Shown one piece after another: positions 1 to 11,447 of a stretch of 64,000 bases of DNA; the first letter of the stretch is position 1; the number at the start of each line of letters is the position of its first letter. Source of the stretch: Syntrophales bacterium (GTDB lineage: Bacteria > Desulfobacterota > Syntrophia > Syntrophales > UBA6807); contig JAXGPA010000007.1 of assembly GCA_040767195.1 (NCBI GenBank), positions 32,001-96,000 of the forward strand. The letters run 5' to 3'. The notes under the pieces are model-generated. The model saw only the letters and a program-made list of their open reading frames with translations, was not told where the DNA came from and searched no databases. The translations under genes were made by a program, and so were the position numbers.

Positions 1-1656
<1,656 letters not shown>

Positions 1657-1664
<8 letters not shown>

Positions 1665-2319
1665 TCCGGAAGGCGTCCGCCTGCATTCCGATCCAGCGGG
1701 TCCATCCATGGAGGCCTTCCCCCGTTTTGCAGGAAACCGGAAAAATCTCCAGTTTCGGGTTCAAGGTGAGGGCGTCTTTCCGGGCCTTCTCCATGTCGAA
1801 ATCCACGTAGGGGAGGAGGTCCGTCTTGTTGATGATCATGGCCGACGACTCCTGGAACATGAGAGGGTACTTGGCGGGCTTGTCCGAGCCCTCGGGCGTG
1901 CTGAGAACCATGACCTTGGCGTTTTCGCCGATGCGGAACTCGGCGGGACAGACCAGGTTTCCGACGTTTTCGCAGATGAGGAGGTCCGTTTCGTCGAGGT
2001 CCAGGGCGGGGAGGGCTTCCCGGATCATGTTGCCGTCGATGTGACAGGCGCCGCCCGTGTTGATCTGGACGACGGGAATGCCGTGGCGGGCCACCCGGTC
2101 GGCGTCGAAGGTGTCCTGGATGTCCCCCTCGATGACGGCGATGCGGAACCGGTCCCTGAGGGCCTCGATGGTCCGCTCCACCAGGGTGGTCTTGCCCGCC
2201 CCGGGCGAACTCATGAGGTTGAAAACGTAGATGTTCTTTTCGTCGAAAAGCTTCCGGTTTTCCCGGGCGATCCGGTCGTTGACGTCGAGAATGTTCTTGA
2301 CGACCTGTATGGTTTTCAA
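1657..2319 (-). CDS. hypB: Hydrogenase nickel incorporation GTPase HypB
   Basis: SSPGAGKT P-loop, CHID, ENVGNLVCPAEF, DKPAKYP, NKTD motifs. Confidence 0.97.
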
Positions 2320-3446
2320 GGTGAAACCTCCCGTGAGTCTGTATTTCTGTTTTCAAGATCGTATCTGTAAAAAGCCGCGCAGGTTCCCTCCGAGGACACC
2401 ATGCAGGGTCCCAGGGGACTGCTGGGGGTGCAGCGGGTCCGGAAATGGGGGCACCGCGACGGCTCCATCACACCCCGGAGAACGGCGCCGCAGGAACAGC
2501 CCTTGATTTCCGCCGACGGCATGTCGGGAAAGGAGAAGCGCCGGGCGGCATCCCAGGCACTGTAAGGTTCCCCGATGAAAAGGCCGCTGTCGGCCATGTC
2601 GCCGAGGCCCCGCCACCGGGAAGGCCCGGCCCGGAACACCTTTTCCAGGACGGCCAGGGCCCGGGGGTTTCCCCCGGGGTTCACGGCACGGGTATACTGG
2701 ATCTCCACCCGCCTTACCCCCTTTTCGATCTGCCGGAGAACCATGAGGAGGCCCTCCAGGATATCCACGGGCTCGAATCCCGTGATGACGGCGCAGGCCC
2801 CCGCTTTTTCCGGGAGAAACCCGTAGGGGCCGCTTCCGATGATGGTGCTCACGTGGCCGGGACAGAGGAAGCCGTCGAGATTCAGGGACCGGTCCTCCAC
2901 GAGGGCCTTCATGGCCGGCGGGATGACCTTGTGGGTCGAAAGGACGGTCAGGTTCTCCAGGTTCCGGTCCCGGGCCCGGATGAGGAGGGACGCCGTCGCC
3001 GGGGCCGTCGTCTCGAAGCCGATGGCCATGAAAACCACCTGCCTCTCCGGGTGTCCTTCCGCCAGGGCGAGAACATCCAGGGGGGAAAGGACAACGCGGA
3101 CATCCGCCCCGTCCGCCCGGAGTTTCTGAAGGGTCCGGCCCCCGGTGCCCGGCACCCGGAGCATGTCTCCGAAGGTGGCGAAGAGAACCCCGGTCCGTCC
3201 CGCCAGGTGGAGGGCCCTGTCCACGTCCTCCATGGCGGTGACGCACACAGGGCACCCGGGACCGGAGATGAGGCGGATTTCACGGGGCAGAAGTCTCCGG
3301 AGGCCGTAACGGCCGATGGCCATGGTGTGGGTTCCGCAGACCTCCATGACGGACACGGGCCTTCCGATTCTCCCGCAGGTCTTTTCGATGCCTTCCAGGA
3401 GCCCCAGGACGAGGTCCGGGTCCCGGTACGGGTCAATAAATTTCAT
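2316..3446 (-). CDS. hypD: Hydrogenase maturation protein HypD
   Basis: EVCGTHT, GPGCPVC, GFETT, PGHVS, GPCMVSSEGTC motifs; start set at MKFIDPY. Confidence 0.97.
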   Translation of the reverse strand: MKFIDPYRDPDLVLGLLEGIEKTCGRIGRPVSVMEVCGTHTMAIGRYGLRRLLPREIRLISGPGCPVCVTAMEDVDRALHLAGRTGVLFATFGDMLRVPGTGGRTLQKLRADGADVRVVLSPLDVLALAEGHPERQVVFMAIGFETTAPATASLLIRARDRNLENLTVLSTHKVIPPAMKALVEDRSLNLDGFLCPGHVSTIIGSGPYGFLPEKAGACAVITGFEPVDILEGLLMVLRQIEKGVRRVEIQYTRAVNPGGNPRALAVLEKVFRAGPSRWRGLGDMADSGLFIGEPYSAWDAARRFSFPDMPSAEIKGCSCGAVLRGVMEPSRCPHFRTRCTPSSPLGPCMVSSEGTCAAFYRYDLENRNTDSREVSP

Positions 3447-3660
3447 TTTTGATGAGTTCCCTGAGAAAGTCGAGTTTCTCCAGGGCGACGGACTCGTCCA
3501 TCCTGTGAATGGCGTAACCGGCATGACAGAGGACATAGTCGCCAACGGCGACGTCTTCGTCCACGAGGTCGAGACAGGCCTCCCGCCGGACGCCGTTGAC
3601 CTCGATGACGGCGAAATTGTCCTCCACCGTCAGAATTTTTCCGGGAAACCCGATACACAT
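3433..3660 (-). CDS. hypC: Hydrogenase chaperone HypC/HybG
   Basis: MCIGFPG N-terminus, VGDYVLCHAGYA. Confidence 0.95.
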   Translation of the reverse strand: MCIGFPGKILTVEDNFAVIEVNGVRREACLDLVDEDVAVGDYVLCHAGYAIHRMDESVALEKLDFLRELIKNEIY

Positions 3661-3670
3661 GGCTTTGCTC

Positions 3671-4012
3671 CTAGTCAACGTCCATTTCCAGAAACCGAAG
3701 CTCTTCTTTTCCCCCCGTCACGAGGACATCCCCGCCACACCGGGGGCAGTTCGCGGAGAAAAAGTCCACGGGACTGTCCTCGCCGCAGTCGAGGCAGGAG
3801 AGGACGATGGGGAGCATGTCGAATTCCAGGGCCGCCCCCTCGGCCACCGTTCCCCGGGCGGCGACCTCGAAGGCGAAGCGAAGGGCCGCCGGTTCGATGC
3901 CGCCGAGGCGGCCGAAGGAGAGGCGGACCGTGCTCACCTTCTGGAAGTTCCCGCCGTCCCGGTATTCTTCGATGATGTCCAGCAGGGACTGGACCAGGGA
4001 AAGTTCATGCAT
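3671..4012 (-). CDS. hypA: Hydrogenase nickel metallochaperone HypA
   Basis: MHELSL start, CLDC and CPRC zinc site. Confidence 0.95.
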   Translation of the reverse strand: MHELSLVQSLLDIIEEYRDGGNFQKVSTVRLSFGRLGGIEPAALRFAFEVAARGTVAEGAALEFDMLPIVLSCLDCGEDSPVDFFSANCPRCGGDVLVTGGKEELRFLEMDVD

Positions 4013-4496
4013 GGCGCCTTTTCTCCATGAGGATTCCCCGTGCCTCCAGTTCATCCAGGAGGAGCCTCTCCAGGAGGGGAAACTTCTCCGCCATGAGGGG
4101 GGTCATTTCGAGATCCAGGGTCCCCCAGGCCTTCGGGACGACGCACAGGAAGGAGACTTCCGGGGCCTCGCCCATGAGGTCGGCCTGGCACAGGACATGG
4201 GCGAACTCGACCTCGTGGGCCGAGGTGGGCGGCGGCATGTACAGGTTCATTTCCTCCCGGCCGAAGCGATAAACGGAACCCGGTTCGTCGTCCACCTTGA
4301 TGGCGTCGATGACGATGGCTTTCTCGCACTCCGTGAGCAAGGGCAGGAGGCCGTAGCCGAGGGTGCCGCCGTCGACGATCTCCGCCTCCGGGGGAAGACG
4401 GTGCCGTTTTTCGAACCACCGGACGAAATGCACGCCGAACCCCTCGTCTCCGAGAAGAATGTTTCCCAACCCCAGGACGACCAGCTTTTTCTTCAA
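4005..4496 (-). CDS. hydD: Hydrogenase maturation endopeptidase (HyaD/HybD/HydD family)
   Basis: GLGNILLGDEGFG, DGGT, SAHE motifs; lies downstream of the large-subunit gene. Confidence 0.93.
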   Translation of the reverse strand: MKKKLVVLGLGNILLGDEGFGVHFVRWFEKRHRLPPEAEIVDGGTLGYGLLPLLTECEKAIVIDAIKVDDEPGSVYRFGREEMNLYMPPPTSAHEVEFAHVLCQADLMGEAPEVSFLCVVPKAWGTLDLEMTPLMAEKFPLLERLLLDELEARGILMEKRRHA

Positions 4497-4604
4497 AAAA
4501 GACCTTCCTTCGACAAAGAGGGGGGACGCCTGGTCCCCCCCCTCCTCAATTCAGTCAATCGATTCAGCGGCCCCGGTCGATGAATCGATCCTTTCAATAG
4601 CGGG

Positions 4605-5273
4605 TCAATCGTGGGCTTTTCGGAAAAGCCGCCCGCTGATCATGGAGGAAATGGTTCCCTCTTTGAATATCACATCATACCAGAAAGCCATGTAAACGTG
4701 AACCACGATGAAGAGAATGAAAAACCAGGTGAGGATGTGGTGGATCCACCGGACCATGGCCAGGCCCCCCATCAGGTTCTCCGCGGGTTTCAGGAGGAAG
4801 TAGACGACGGCGGTCAGCCCGGCGTCATATCCCGCGCCCATGAGGATGAGCCCCGTGAGGCAGATGACAAAAATCATGAAAATAAGACCGCCGTAAGCCA
4901 GCGACTGGAGCGGTCCATAAAGGTGGGTGTGCTCCGGCGGCTCTTTCGAGATGTGAAGATAGAACTTGAGCTGCTTCCAGAAATTCCGGAAGTTCGTCCA
5001 GGCGAAAAAGTCTTTCCAGTCGGCGCGGAAGCTGGAGAAGAAGGCGAGGTAGACCCGCCACAGGAAGAGGAAAACGAGAAACACGCCGAAGAGGATGTGG
5101 ACGAACCGCATGTCTCCCATGAAGAACTTCTCCGTCGTCTCTCCCGATGACAGGGTGAACGGGTCGGCGATGTAGAAGCCCGTCACGATCAGGACGATGA
5201 TGGAAATCAGCATGGCCCAGTGGTTGAGCCGGATAGGGACCGACCATTCCTGCTTTGGGGTGATCTTTTCCAC
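4605..5273 (-). CDS. hydC: Ni/Fe-hydrogenase b-type cytochrome subunit
   Basis: IRLNHW, FVH, WIHH, VVHVYMA heme His motifs; four TM helices; GTG start after AAGGAGG. Confidence 0.93.
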   Translation of the reverse strand: MEKITPKQEWSVPIRLNHWAMLISIIVLIVTGFYIADPFTLSSGETTEKFFMGDMRFVHILFGVFLVFLFLWRVYLAFFSSFRADWKDFFAWTNFRNFWKQLKFYLHISKEPPEHTHLYGPLQSLAYGGLIFMIFVICLTGLILMGAGYDAGLTAVVYFLLKPAENLMGGLAMVRWIHHILTWFFILFIVVHVYMAFWYDVIFKEGTISSMISGRLFRKAHD

Positions 5274-5287
5274 GGTGTCCTCCTTCC

Positions 5288-6961
5288 TCAGGCCACTTTG
5301 AACTTTCGGACCTCGCTCGTCCGGGGGTCGATGATGTGGACGGCGCAGGCCATGCAGGGGTCGAAGGAGTGGATGGTCCTCAGGATTTCCAGGGGCTGGT
5401 CGGCGTCGGCCAGCTTCGTCCCGATGAGGGACTCCTCGTAGGGGCCCCGCTTGCCTTCCATTCCCCTGGGGGAGCAGTTCCACGTGGAGGGCACGACGGC
5501 CTGGTAATTGGAGACGACCCGGTTGTCGATCCTGATCCAGTGCCCCAGGGCGCCCCGGGGAACCTCGTTCAGGCCCCGGCCCTGGCCTTTCTTCGGCGGT
5601 TCGCACCGTGTCCAGGTCCGGGTGTCGCCGGCCTTGATGTTGGCGACCAGCTCGTTCACCCAGTTGGCGATTTCGTCACCCACGAGCTTCGTTTCCAGGG
5701 CCCGGGCGGCCGTCCGGCCGAGGGTGGAGAAGAGGACCGTCACGGGCACGTCCGCCGCCTTGAGGGTGGAATCGACGAGATGCCTGATTTTTTCATTCCC
5801 CTGGGCGTAGCCCACGATGAACCGGGCGAGCGGGCCCACCTCGTAGGGCTCCCCGTCGTACCGGGGGGCCTTGCACCAGGTGTACTTGCCGTCTCCGTTC
5901 ACGTGGCCGTCGGCGGTGAAGCCCGTGTATTCCGGGTCGGTCTTCCCGTCGTAGGGGTGGAGATTGTCCTCGCCCTCGTACCAGGCGTGGGTCACGTCCT
6001 CGGTGATCTTCGTCTCGTCCAGGGGCAGGGGGTTGGCGATGTCCCGGTTTTTCACGACCCCCTTGGGGAGGAGCGTGGCATTCCAGTCGTCGTCCAGGGG
6101 GAACCCGCCGTAGCACAGGTAGTTGGGGACACCGGCGCCGATTCCCGCCGCCCCCTCGTCCTTGTAGTACGTGGCGGCGATCATCACGTCGGGCAGGAGG
6201 GCCGTTTCGGTGAAATGGTTCACCTCTTTCAGCCGGAAGAGATAGTCGGCGATCCGGCTGGCGTCGAGGGCGTCCATGACCGAGGTGATCCCGCCGACGA
6301 CGAGGCTCTGGGGGTGGGGGTTCTTCCCGCCGAAGATGGCCTGCATCTGGGCCCCCACCTTGGAGATCTTCAGGGCGTCCAGGTAGTGGGACGTGATGAC
6401 CAGGTTCGCCTCCGGGGGGAGCTTGAAGGAGGGGTTGCCCCAGTAAGCATTGGCGAAGGGGCCCAGCCGGCCGGACGCGACGAACCGTTTCAGACGGTCC
6501 TGGACGGCCCGGTAATGGCCCTCGGAGCAGTTGTAGGGATTGGGGGAGTAGGCCATGGCCAGGTCCACCGCCTTTTTCGGGTCCGCCGAAAGGGCGCTCA
6601 CGATGTCCACCCAGTCGAGGCCGTGGAGGTGGTAGAAATGCATGATGTGGTCCGTCAGGTACTGGGAGCCTTTCATGAGGTTCCGGACGAGCCGGGCGTT
6701 TTTCGGCGGACGGACCCTGAAGGCGTCCTCGCAGGCGAGGATGCTCGTTTCGTAGTGGGAATAGGTGCACACGCCGCAGAACCGCTGGACCATGAGGCCC
6801 ACGTCCCGGGGGTCGCGATTTTTCACGATCGTTTCGATGCCCCGCCAGAGGGTGATGCTGCTCCAGGCGTCCTTGATGACGTTATTGTCGTCGAGTTCGA
6901 CTTCGATTCTGAGATGTCCTTCGATCCGGGTGATGGGATCGATAATCATTCTGTTGCCCAT
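5288..6961 (-). CDS. hydB: [NiFe]-hydrogenase large subunit, group 1
   Basis: DPITRIEGH, L1 QRFCGVC, L2 SFDPCMACAVH plus cleavable C-terminal extension; Cys, not Sec. Confidence 0.97.
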   Translation of the reverse strand: MGNRMIIDPITRIEGHLRIEVELDDNNVIKDAWSSITLWRGIETIVKNRDPRDVGLMVQRFCGVCTYSHYETSILACEDAFRVRPPKNARLVRNLMKGSQYLTDHIMHFYHLHGLDWVDIVSALSADPKKAVDLAMAYSPNPYNCSEGHYRAVQDRLKRFVASGRLGPFANAYWGNPSFKLPPEANLVITSHYLDALKISKVGAQMQAIFGGKNPHPQSLVVGGITSVMDALDASRIADYLFRLKEVNHFTETALLPDVMIAATYYKDEGAAGIGAGVPNYLCYGGFPLDDDWNATLLPKGVVKNRDIANPLPLDETKITEDVTHAWYEGEDNLHPYDGKTDPEYTGFTADGHVNGDGKYTWCKAPRYDGEPYEVGPLARFIVGYAQGNEKIRHLVDSTLKAADVPVTVLFSTLGRTAARALETKLVGDEIANWVNELVANIKAGDTRTWTRCEPPKKGQGRGLNEVPRGALGHWIRIDNRVVSNYQAVVPSTWNCSPRGMEGKRGPYEESLIGTKLADADQPLEILRTIHSFDPCMACAVHIIDPRTSEVRKFKVA

Positions 6962-7005
6962 GCTGTTCCTCCTGGGAATTCATTTGCGCTTTCCGCTTCG
7001 TCGGT

Positions 7006-8196
7006 TTATTTCGATTCCTTTTCCCGCTCCTCGCGGTGACGGATGGCCGTCAGGCCGGCGTGGGCGGCGATACCGGCGACGGTAAGGCCCGTCAGGGCGA
7101 TGCCGATGCTGTCCACGGTGCTTTCACCACCGCCGACGGTCTTGTCGGCGATGGGCTTTTCCAGGGGAGCCATGGTGTCCCAGAACCCCGGTTCGGTGCA
7201 GCCCATGCAGCCGTGCCCGGCCATGATGGGCCACGAAACGGCGTCATTGAAGCGGACCTTGCCGCAGTTGGCGTAGGTGTAAGGCCCCTTGCACCCCACC
7301 TTGTACAGGCACCAGCCTTTTTTGGCCGCCTCGTCGCCCCACTCTTCGACATATTCGCCGGCGTCGAAGTGAGGCCGTCTCTCGCAGTAGTCGTGAATCC
7401 GCTTCCCGTAGGCCCAGACCGGCCGTCCCAGGGAGTCCAGGGCGGGCATGGCGCCGAACATGAGGAAATGAAGGACCGTTCCCACGAAGTTGATGGGGTT
7501 GGGCGGGCAGCCGGCGATGTTGACCGTCTGGATGCCCAGGGCGCCGCTGATACTCGAAGCATCCGTGGGGTTCGGCTTCGCCGCCTGGACGTTGCCGAAG
7601 GCGGAGCAGCTGCCGATGCAGATGACGGCCCCTGCCTTGGACGTCACTTCCTTGGCCACCTGGATCCCTGTTTTCCCCTTGGCGCCGAGGGTCAGATATT
7701 TTCCGTGAAGGCCTATGGGCAGGGCGCCCTCGATGACGCAGACGAATTTCCCGGCGAAATCGTGGAGGGCCTTCTCCAGGTTTTCCTCCGCCTGGTGGCC
7801 TGCGGCGGCCATGAGGGTCTCGTGGTATTCCAGGGATATGGTGTCAAGGAGAATGTCGTCCACGCCGGGATAGGAGGACCGGAGAAGGGCCTCGCTGCAA
7901 CCGGTGCACTCGGCGAAATGAAGCCAGACCACGGGCAGGCGGCTGAAGCTTTCGGCGGCCCTGGCCACCATGGGCCGGAACATGGGCGGAAGCATGAGGG
8001 CCCCCGTCATCATGGTGGTCCACTTGAGAAAACTCCTCCGGCTGATGCCTCTTTCCCTGAGGAGGGTCTGGAAGTCCACGACAGGTTCCGGCAGGGCCCG
8101 GTCCATCTCCTCCAGGTGGCCCTTGCACTGGGCCAGGAGTTCCCGGTACTGCCGTTCCACGGTCTTCTGGTAATCGGCCTTTTTCGAAATACCCAT
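7006..8196 (-). CDS. hydA: [NiFe]-hydrogenase small subunit, Tat-exported, membrane anchored
   Basis: SRRSFLK Tat motif, ECTGCSE, GSCS, GCPP, HDYC, GWCLYKVGCKGP, GCMGC, C-terminal TM with His. Confidence 0.97.
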   Translation of the reverse strand: MGISKKADYQKTVERQYRELLAQCKGHLEEMDRALPEPVVDFQTLLRERGISRRSFLKWTTMMTGALMLPPMFRPMVARAAESFSRLPVVWLHFAECTGCSEALLRSSYPGVDDILLDTISLEYHETLMAAAGHQAEENLEKALHDFAGKFVCVIEGALPIGLHGKYLTLGAKGKTGIQVAKEVTSKAGAVICIGSCSAFGNVQAAKPNPTDASSISGALGIQTVNIAGCPPNPINFVGTVLHFLMFGAMPALDSLGRPVWAYGKRIHDYCERRPHFDAGEYVEEWGDEAAKKGWCLYKVGCKGPYTYANCGKVRFNDAVSWPIMAGHGCMGCTEPGFWDTMAPLEKPIADKTVGGGESTVDSIGIALTGLTVAGIAAHAGLTAIRHREEREKESK

Positions 8197-8336
8197 AATA
8201 CCTCCCTCTCTGCGGCTGTCCTTGCCTCGTTGCCCTCCGGGAAGGAAAAGGGCTCATCGGGGTATCTTTCCCTTAATCTTTCCGGGGGATAAACATATAT
8301 TATGCTCCAAAAAACATAACTCTGAATCAAGGGCGT

Positions 8337-8365
8337 TTAATAATGAAAAAAAGGCACCCTGTCAA
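8337..8365 (-). promoter_or_regulatory. Putative sigma70 promoter of hydrogenase operon
   Basis: TTGACA-N17-TATTAA on the minus strand in an AT-rich intergenic region. Confidence 0.5.
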
Positions 8366-8453
8366 GTTCTTATTACGCCCCCCCCCGGACCTGTCGTCAC
8401 CAGGGGTTTTTTTCCGAAAACCCGTGTCTGTCCTTCCTGTCGAAAGGGATGCA

Positions 8454-8468
8454 GCAAAAGCTGTGCCT
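8454..8468 (-). promoter_or_regulatory. Putative sigma54 (-24/-12) promoter facing hydrogenase operon
   Basis: AGGCAC-AGCTT-TTGC on the minus strand, GG-N10-GC spacing. Confidence 0.4.
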
Positions 8469-8688
8469 GGTGTTATCATCTTGATATCACGCGAAATAAT
8501 GAGAGTCAGCGGGATCCCCTGTCCCCCCGGTTGCCGTTTTCTGTTGGCGGTCCGTTGGCACCCCGTTCTTCCCGGCGAACCCGCCCATGGGGAAAATAAA
8601 AAAACAGCTGGACGGAAACAAAAAAAATCGCTATAAAATCTAGATAGTTCTTGCGTGGTCACAGGAAAGGCAAAAAACGTCCGGTGAG

Positions 8689-9294
8689 ATGATCATGACC
8701 CCGATTCGAGTCCTTGCCATCGCCCTCCTTGCAGCGGTCCTGTTCGCGGTTCCCCCGCCGGCCTCCGGGGATATCTACATGTACGTCGACAAGGAGGGGG
8801 TGACCCATTTCACCAACACACCGGCCTCCGGGAAGTATCGCCTCTTCATCCGCGAGAAGCCGTCTAATCACGCGTCGCTGTTCACAGGCAGGGGGAGGGG
8901 GGCCGCCCACAACAGCCGGTACGATTCGCACATCCGGGAGGCGGCGGAAAGGCACGGCGTGGATTTCCCCCTTTTGAAGGCGATCATCAAGGTGGAGTCC
9001 GATTTCGATTCCCGGGCCGTTTCGGACAAGGGGGCCGTCGGCCTCATGCAGATCATGCCGGAGAATTTCGGTCATCTGAATCTCAGGAATCCCTACGACC
9101 CGGCAGAGAACATCATGGCGGGGACCCTCTTTTTCCGCAGGCTTCTCGACCGGTTCGGAGAATTGAAACTCGCCTTGGCGGCCTATAATTCAGGCCCGGA
9201 CCGCGTGGAGCGGTACCGATGCGTACCACCCATCCCGGAAACGGAGGCGTATGTCCGAAAAGTCATGAAATACTACACGTATTTCAAGAATTGA
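8689..9294 (+). CDS. Lytic transglycosylase (SLT domain, N-terminal DUF4124-like)
   Basis: Signal peptide, IKVES, GAVGLMQIMP, ALAAYNSG, ETEAYV motifs. Confidence 0.92.
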   Translation: MIMTPIRVLAIALLAAVLFAVPPPASGDIYMYVDKEGVTHFTNTPASGKYRLFIREKPSNHASLFTGRGRGAAHNSRYDSHIREAAERHGVDFPLLKAIIKVESDFDSRAVSDKGAVGLMQIMPENFGHLNLRNPYDPAENIMAGTLFFRRLLDRFGELKLALAAYNSGPDRVERYRCVPPIPETEAYVRKVMKYYTYFKN

Positions 9295-9315
9295 CGGAAC
9301 AGGGCCTCCCGGAGA

Positions 9316-9341
9316 AAAACCGCCCCTTCCGGGGCGGTTTT
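9316..9341 (+). terminator. Intrinsic terminator
   Basis: AAAACCGCCCC-TTCC-GGGGCGGTTTT. Confidence 0.6.
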
Positions 9342-9412
9342 CGGAAACGGTTCACAGGTTTCGCTTTCACCCCTCCTGAACATTTATTATCGCGTCCACC
9401 CGGGAGTCGATC

Positions 9413-10201
9413 ATGAGAAAAGAAAAAGCCATGCTCAAATGCGGGGTGGCAGCCGCCCTTCTCGTCCTGCCGGCTCTTTTTCTGTGCGCGGCCGTCGTCC
9501 GGGCGGACGGGGAGAGCGCCTCGGAAATCGTTCATCGGGCGTTCAATTACATGCGCGGGAAAACCTCCGTCGCCACGGTGGAAATGACCATCCACCGCCC
9601 CGACTGGGAACGGTCCATGACCATCCGGGGCTGGACCCGGGGCGAGAAAGACAGTATCTTCTGGATTACCGAACCGCCCAAGGACCGGGGAAACGGCACC
9701 CTGAAAAAAGGAACGGAAATGTGGATGTACAACCCGAAGATCAACCGGGTCATCAAGGTCCCCCCCTCCATGATGAGCCAGTCCTGGATGGGGTCCGATT
9801 TCTCCAACAACGACCTGGCCCGGGCGGACAGCATCATCCGGGACTATGATCATTTCCTGGAGGAGACCCGGGTGGAAGAGGGGATGAAGGTCTATGCCAT
9901 ACGGTCCGTTCCCAGGCCGGGGGCCCCCGTCGTGTGGGGGATGGAACGGCTTCTCATCCGGGAGGACGGCATTTTCCTGAAAGAAATCTTCTACGACCAG
10001 GACGGGGAACCGGTCAAGATCCTGACAACGGACCGGATCGAACCCATGGGGGAAAGACTTTTCCCCGTTCTGTGGACCATGGCCCGGGCGGACAGGAAGG
10101 ACGAATACACGGTGGTGCGGTATGACCGCATCCGTTTCGACGTCGACATTCCCGAAGGTTTTTTTACCCTTTCGAACCTCCGGACCCCCCGGGGAGAGTG
10201 A
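9413..10201 (+). CDS. Outer-membrane lipoprotein-sorting (LolA-like) protein
   Basis: Signal peptide; MWMYNPKINRVIK, SWMGSDFSNNDL, FTLSNL motifs typical of LolA-like proteins. Confidence 0.85.
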   Translation: MRKEKAMLKCGVAAALLVLPALFLCAAVVRADGESASEIVHRAFNYMRGKTSVATVEMTIHRPDWERSMTIRGWTRGEKDSIFWITEPPKDRGNGTLKKGTEMWMYNPKINRVIKVPPSMMSQSWMGSDFSNNDLARADSIIRDYDHFLEETRVEEGMKVYAIRSVPRPGAPVVWGMERLLIREDGIFLKEIFYDQDGEPVKILTTDRIEPMGERLFPVLWTMARADRKDEYTVVRYDRIRFDVDIPEGFFTLSNLRTPRGE

Positions 10202-10204
10202 CCC

Positions 10205-11434
10205 GTGACCCTTCGCATTGCCTGGCGGAATCTCTGGCGGAACCCCCGCCGTTCCATTCTCACCATGACGGCCATCGCCTTCGCTTCCACCCTGCTCATT
10301 TTCATGCTTTCCTGGCAGTTCGGTTCCTACGAAACCATGATCAACGCTTCTGTGAAGATCCAGACCGGTCATCTCCAGGTCCAGGCTCCGGAGTACAACG
10401 AAGACAAGGACATGCGCCGGGTGGTGGAAAAGCCGGAAGAGATCGGGAAAAGGATTTCCACGCTGCCGGGGGTGGCGGCCCTGGCCTTCCGGGCCAACGG
10501 GTTCGTCCTCGCTTCCTCCCGGGACCGCACATACGGGGCTTTCGTCGTCGGTATCGAGCCGGAAAGGGAGGCGGCCCTCTCGACACTGAAAGGCATCATC
10601 CGCCAGGGGAGCTACCTGGCCGGGGAAGACGACGGTCAGGCCCTTCTGGGAGAACTCCTGGCGGCAAATCTCCAGGTGGGCCCGGGGGACGAACTGACGG
10701 TCATCGGCCAGGGCCGGGACGGCTCGGTGGCCGCCACGGTCCTCGTCGTCAAGGGCCTTTACCGTTCCGGCCAGGACGAATTCGACCGCTCCGCCATCCA
10801 CATCCCCCTTTCAACCTTCCAGGAGGTCTTTTCCATGCGGGGAAGCGTTCACGAGGTGGTCATCCTGGCCAACGCCCTCTCCCGGGTTCCGGAGGTCAAG
10901 AAAAAAGCGAGAGAGGTGCTCCGCGAGACGGGGCGCGACAACCTTGTTGTTCTCGACTGGCGGGAGCTCCTGCCGGGGCTTGTCCAGGCCATCCAGATGG
11001 ACCTGGTGAGCGGCTTCATTTTTTATGTCATTCTTGTCGTCGTCGTCGCTTTTTCCATCCTCAATACCTTTCTCATGGCCATCCTGGAGAGAACCCGGGA
11101 GTTCGGCGTGCTCCTGGCCATCGGCATGAAGCCGAAACGCCTCGTGAGGCTCGTGCTGGCCGAGTCGGCCGTTCTCACCTTCTTCGGAATCGCCGCGGGG
11201 ATCCTTTTCGGGGTTCTCCTGACGGGCTATTTCCAGGAGCACGGGATCTTCATCCCCGGTTCCACGGAAATTCTCCGCCAGTTCGGACTCCCGGAGCGGA
11301 TTTATCCCCGGCTTTCCGGACTTTCCGTGACCCTCGGTCCGGTTCTTGTTTTTCTCATCACCCTTTTGACGGCCCTTTATCCCGCCGGCCGGGTCAAGCG
11401 TCTTCGGGCCGTAGACGCCATGGCGGCGCCTTGA
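10205..11434 (+). CDS. ABC transporter permease, FtsX/LolE/MacB-like
   Basis: IAWRNLWRNPRRS, ERTREFGVLLAIGM, large periplasmic loop plus 4 TM. Confidence 0.9.
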   Translation: MTLRIAWRNLWRNPRRSILTMTAIAFASTLLIFMLSWQFGSYETMINASVKIQTGHLQVQAPEYNEDKDMRRVVEKPEEIGKRISTLPGVAALAFRANGFVLASSRDRTYGAFVVGIEPEREAALSTLKGIIRQGSYLAGEDDGQALLGELLAANLQVGPGDELTVIGQGRDGSVAATVLVVKGLYRSGQDEFDRSAIHIPLSTFQEVFSMRGSVHEVVILANALSRVPEVKKKAREVLRETGRDNLVVLDWRELLPGLVQAIQMDLVSGFIFYVILVVVVAFSILNTFLMAILERTREFGVLLAIGMKPKRLVRLVLAESAVLTFFGIAAGILFGVLLTGYFQEHGIFIPGSTEILRQFGLPERIYPRLSGLSVTLGPVLVFLITLLTALYPAGRVKRLRAVDAMAAP

Positions 11435-11447
11435 CAGGAGACGGGGA

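Noticed and set aside
5288..5360. Possible [NiFeSe] hydrogenase
   Set aside because: L2 reads DPCMAC with Cys codons and no in-frame TGA
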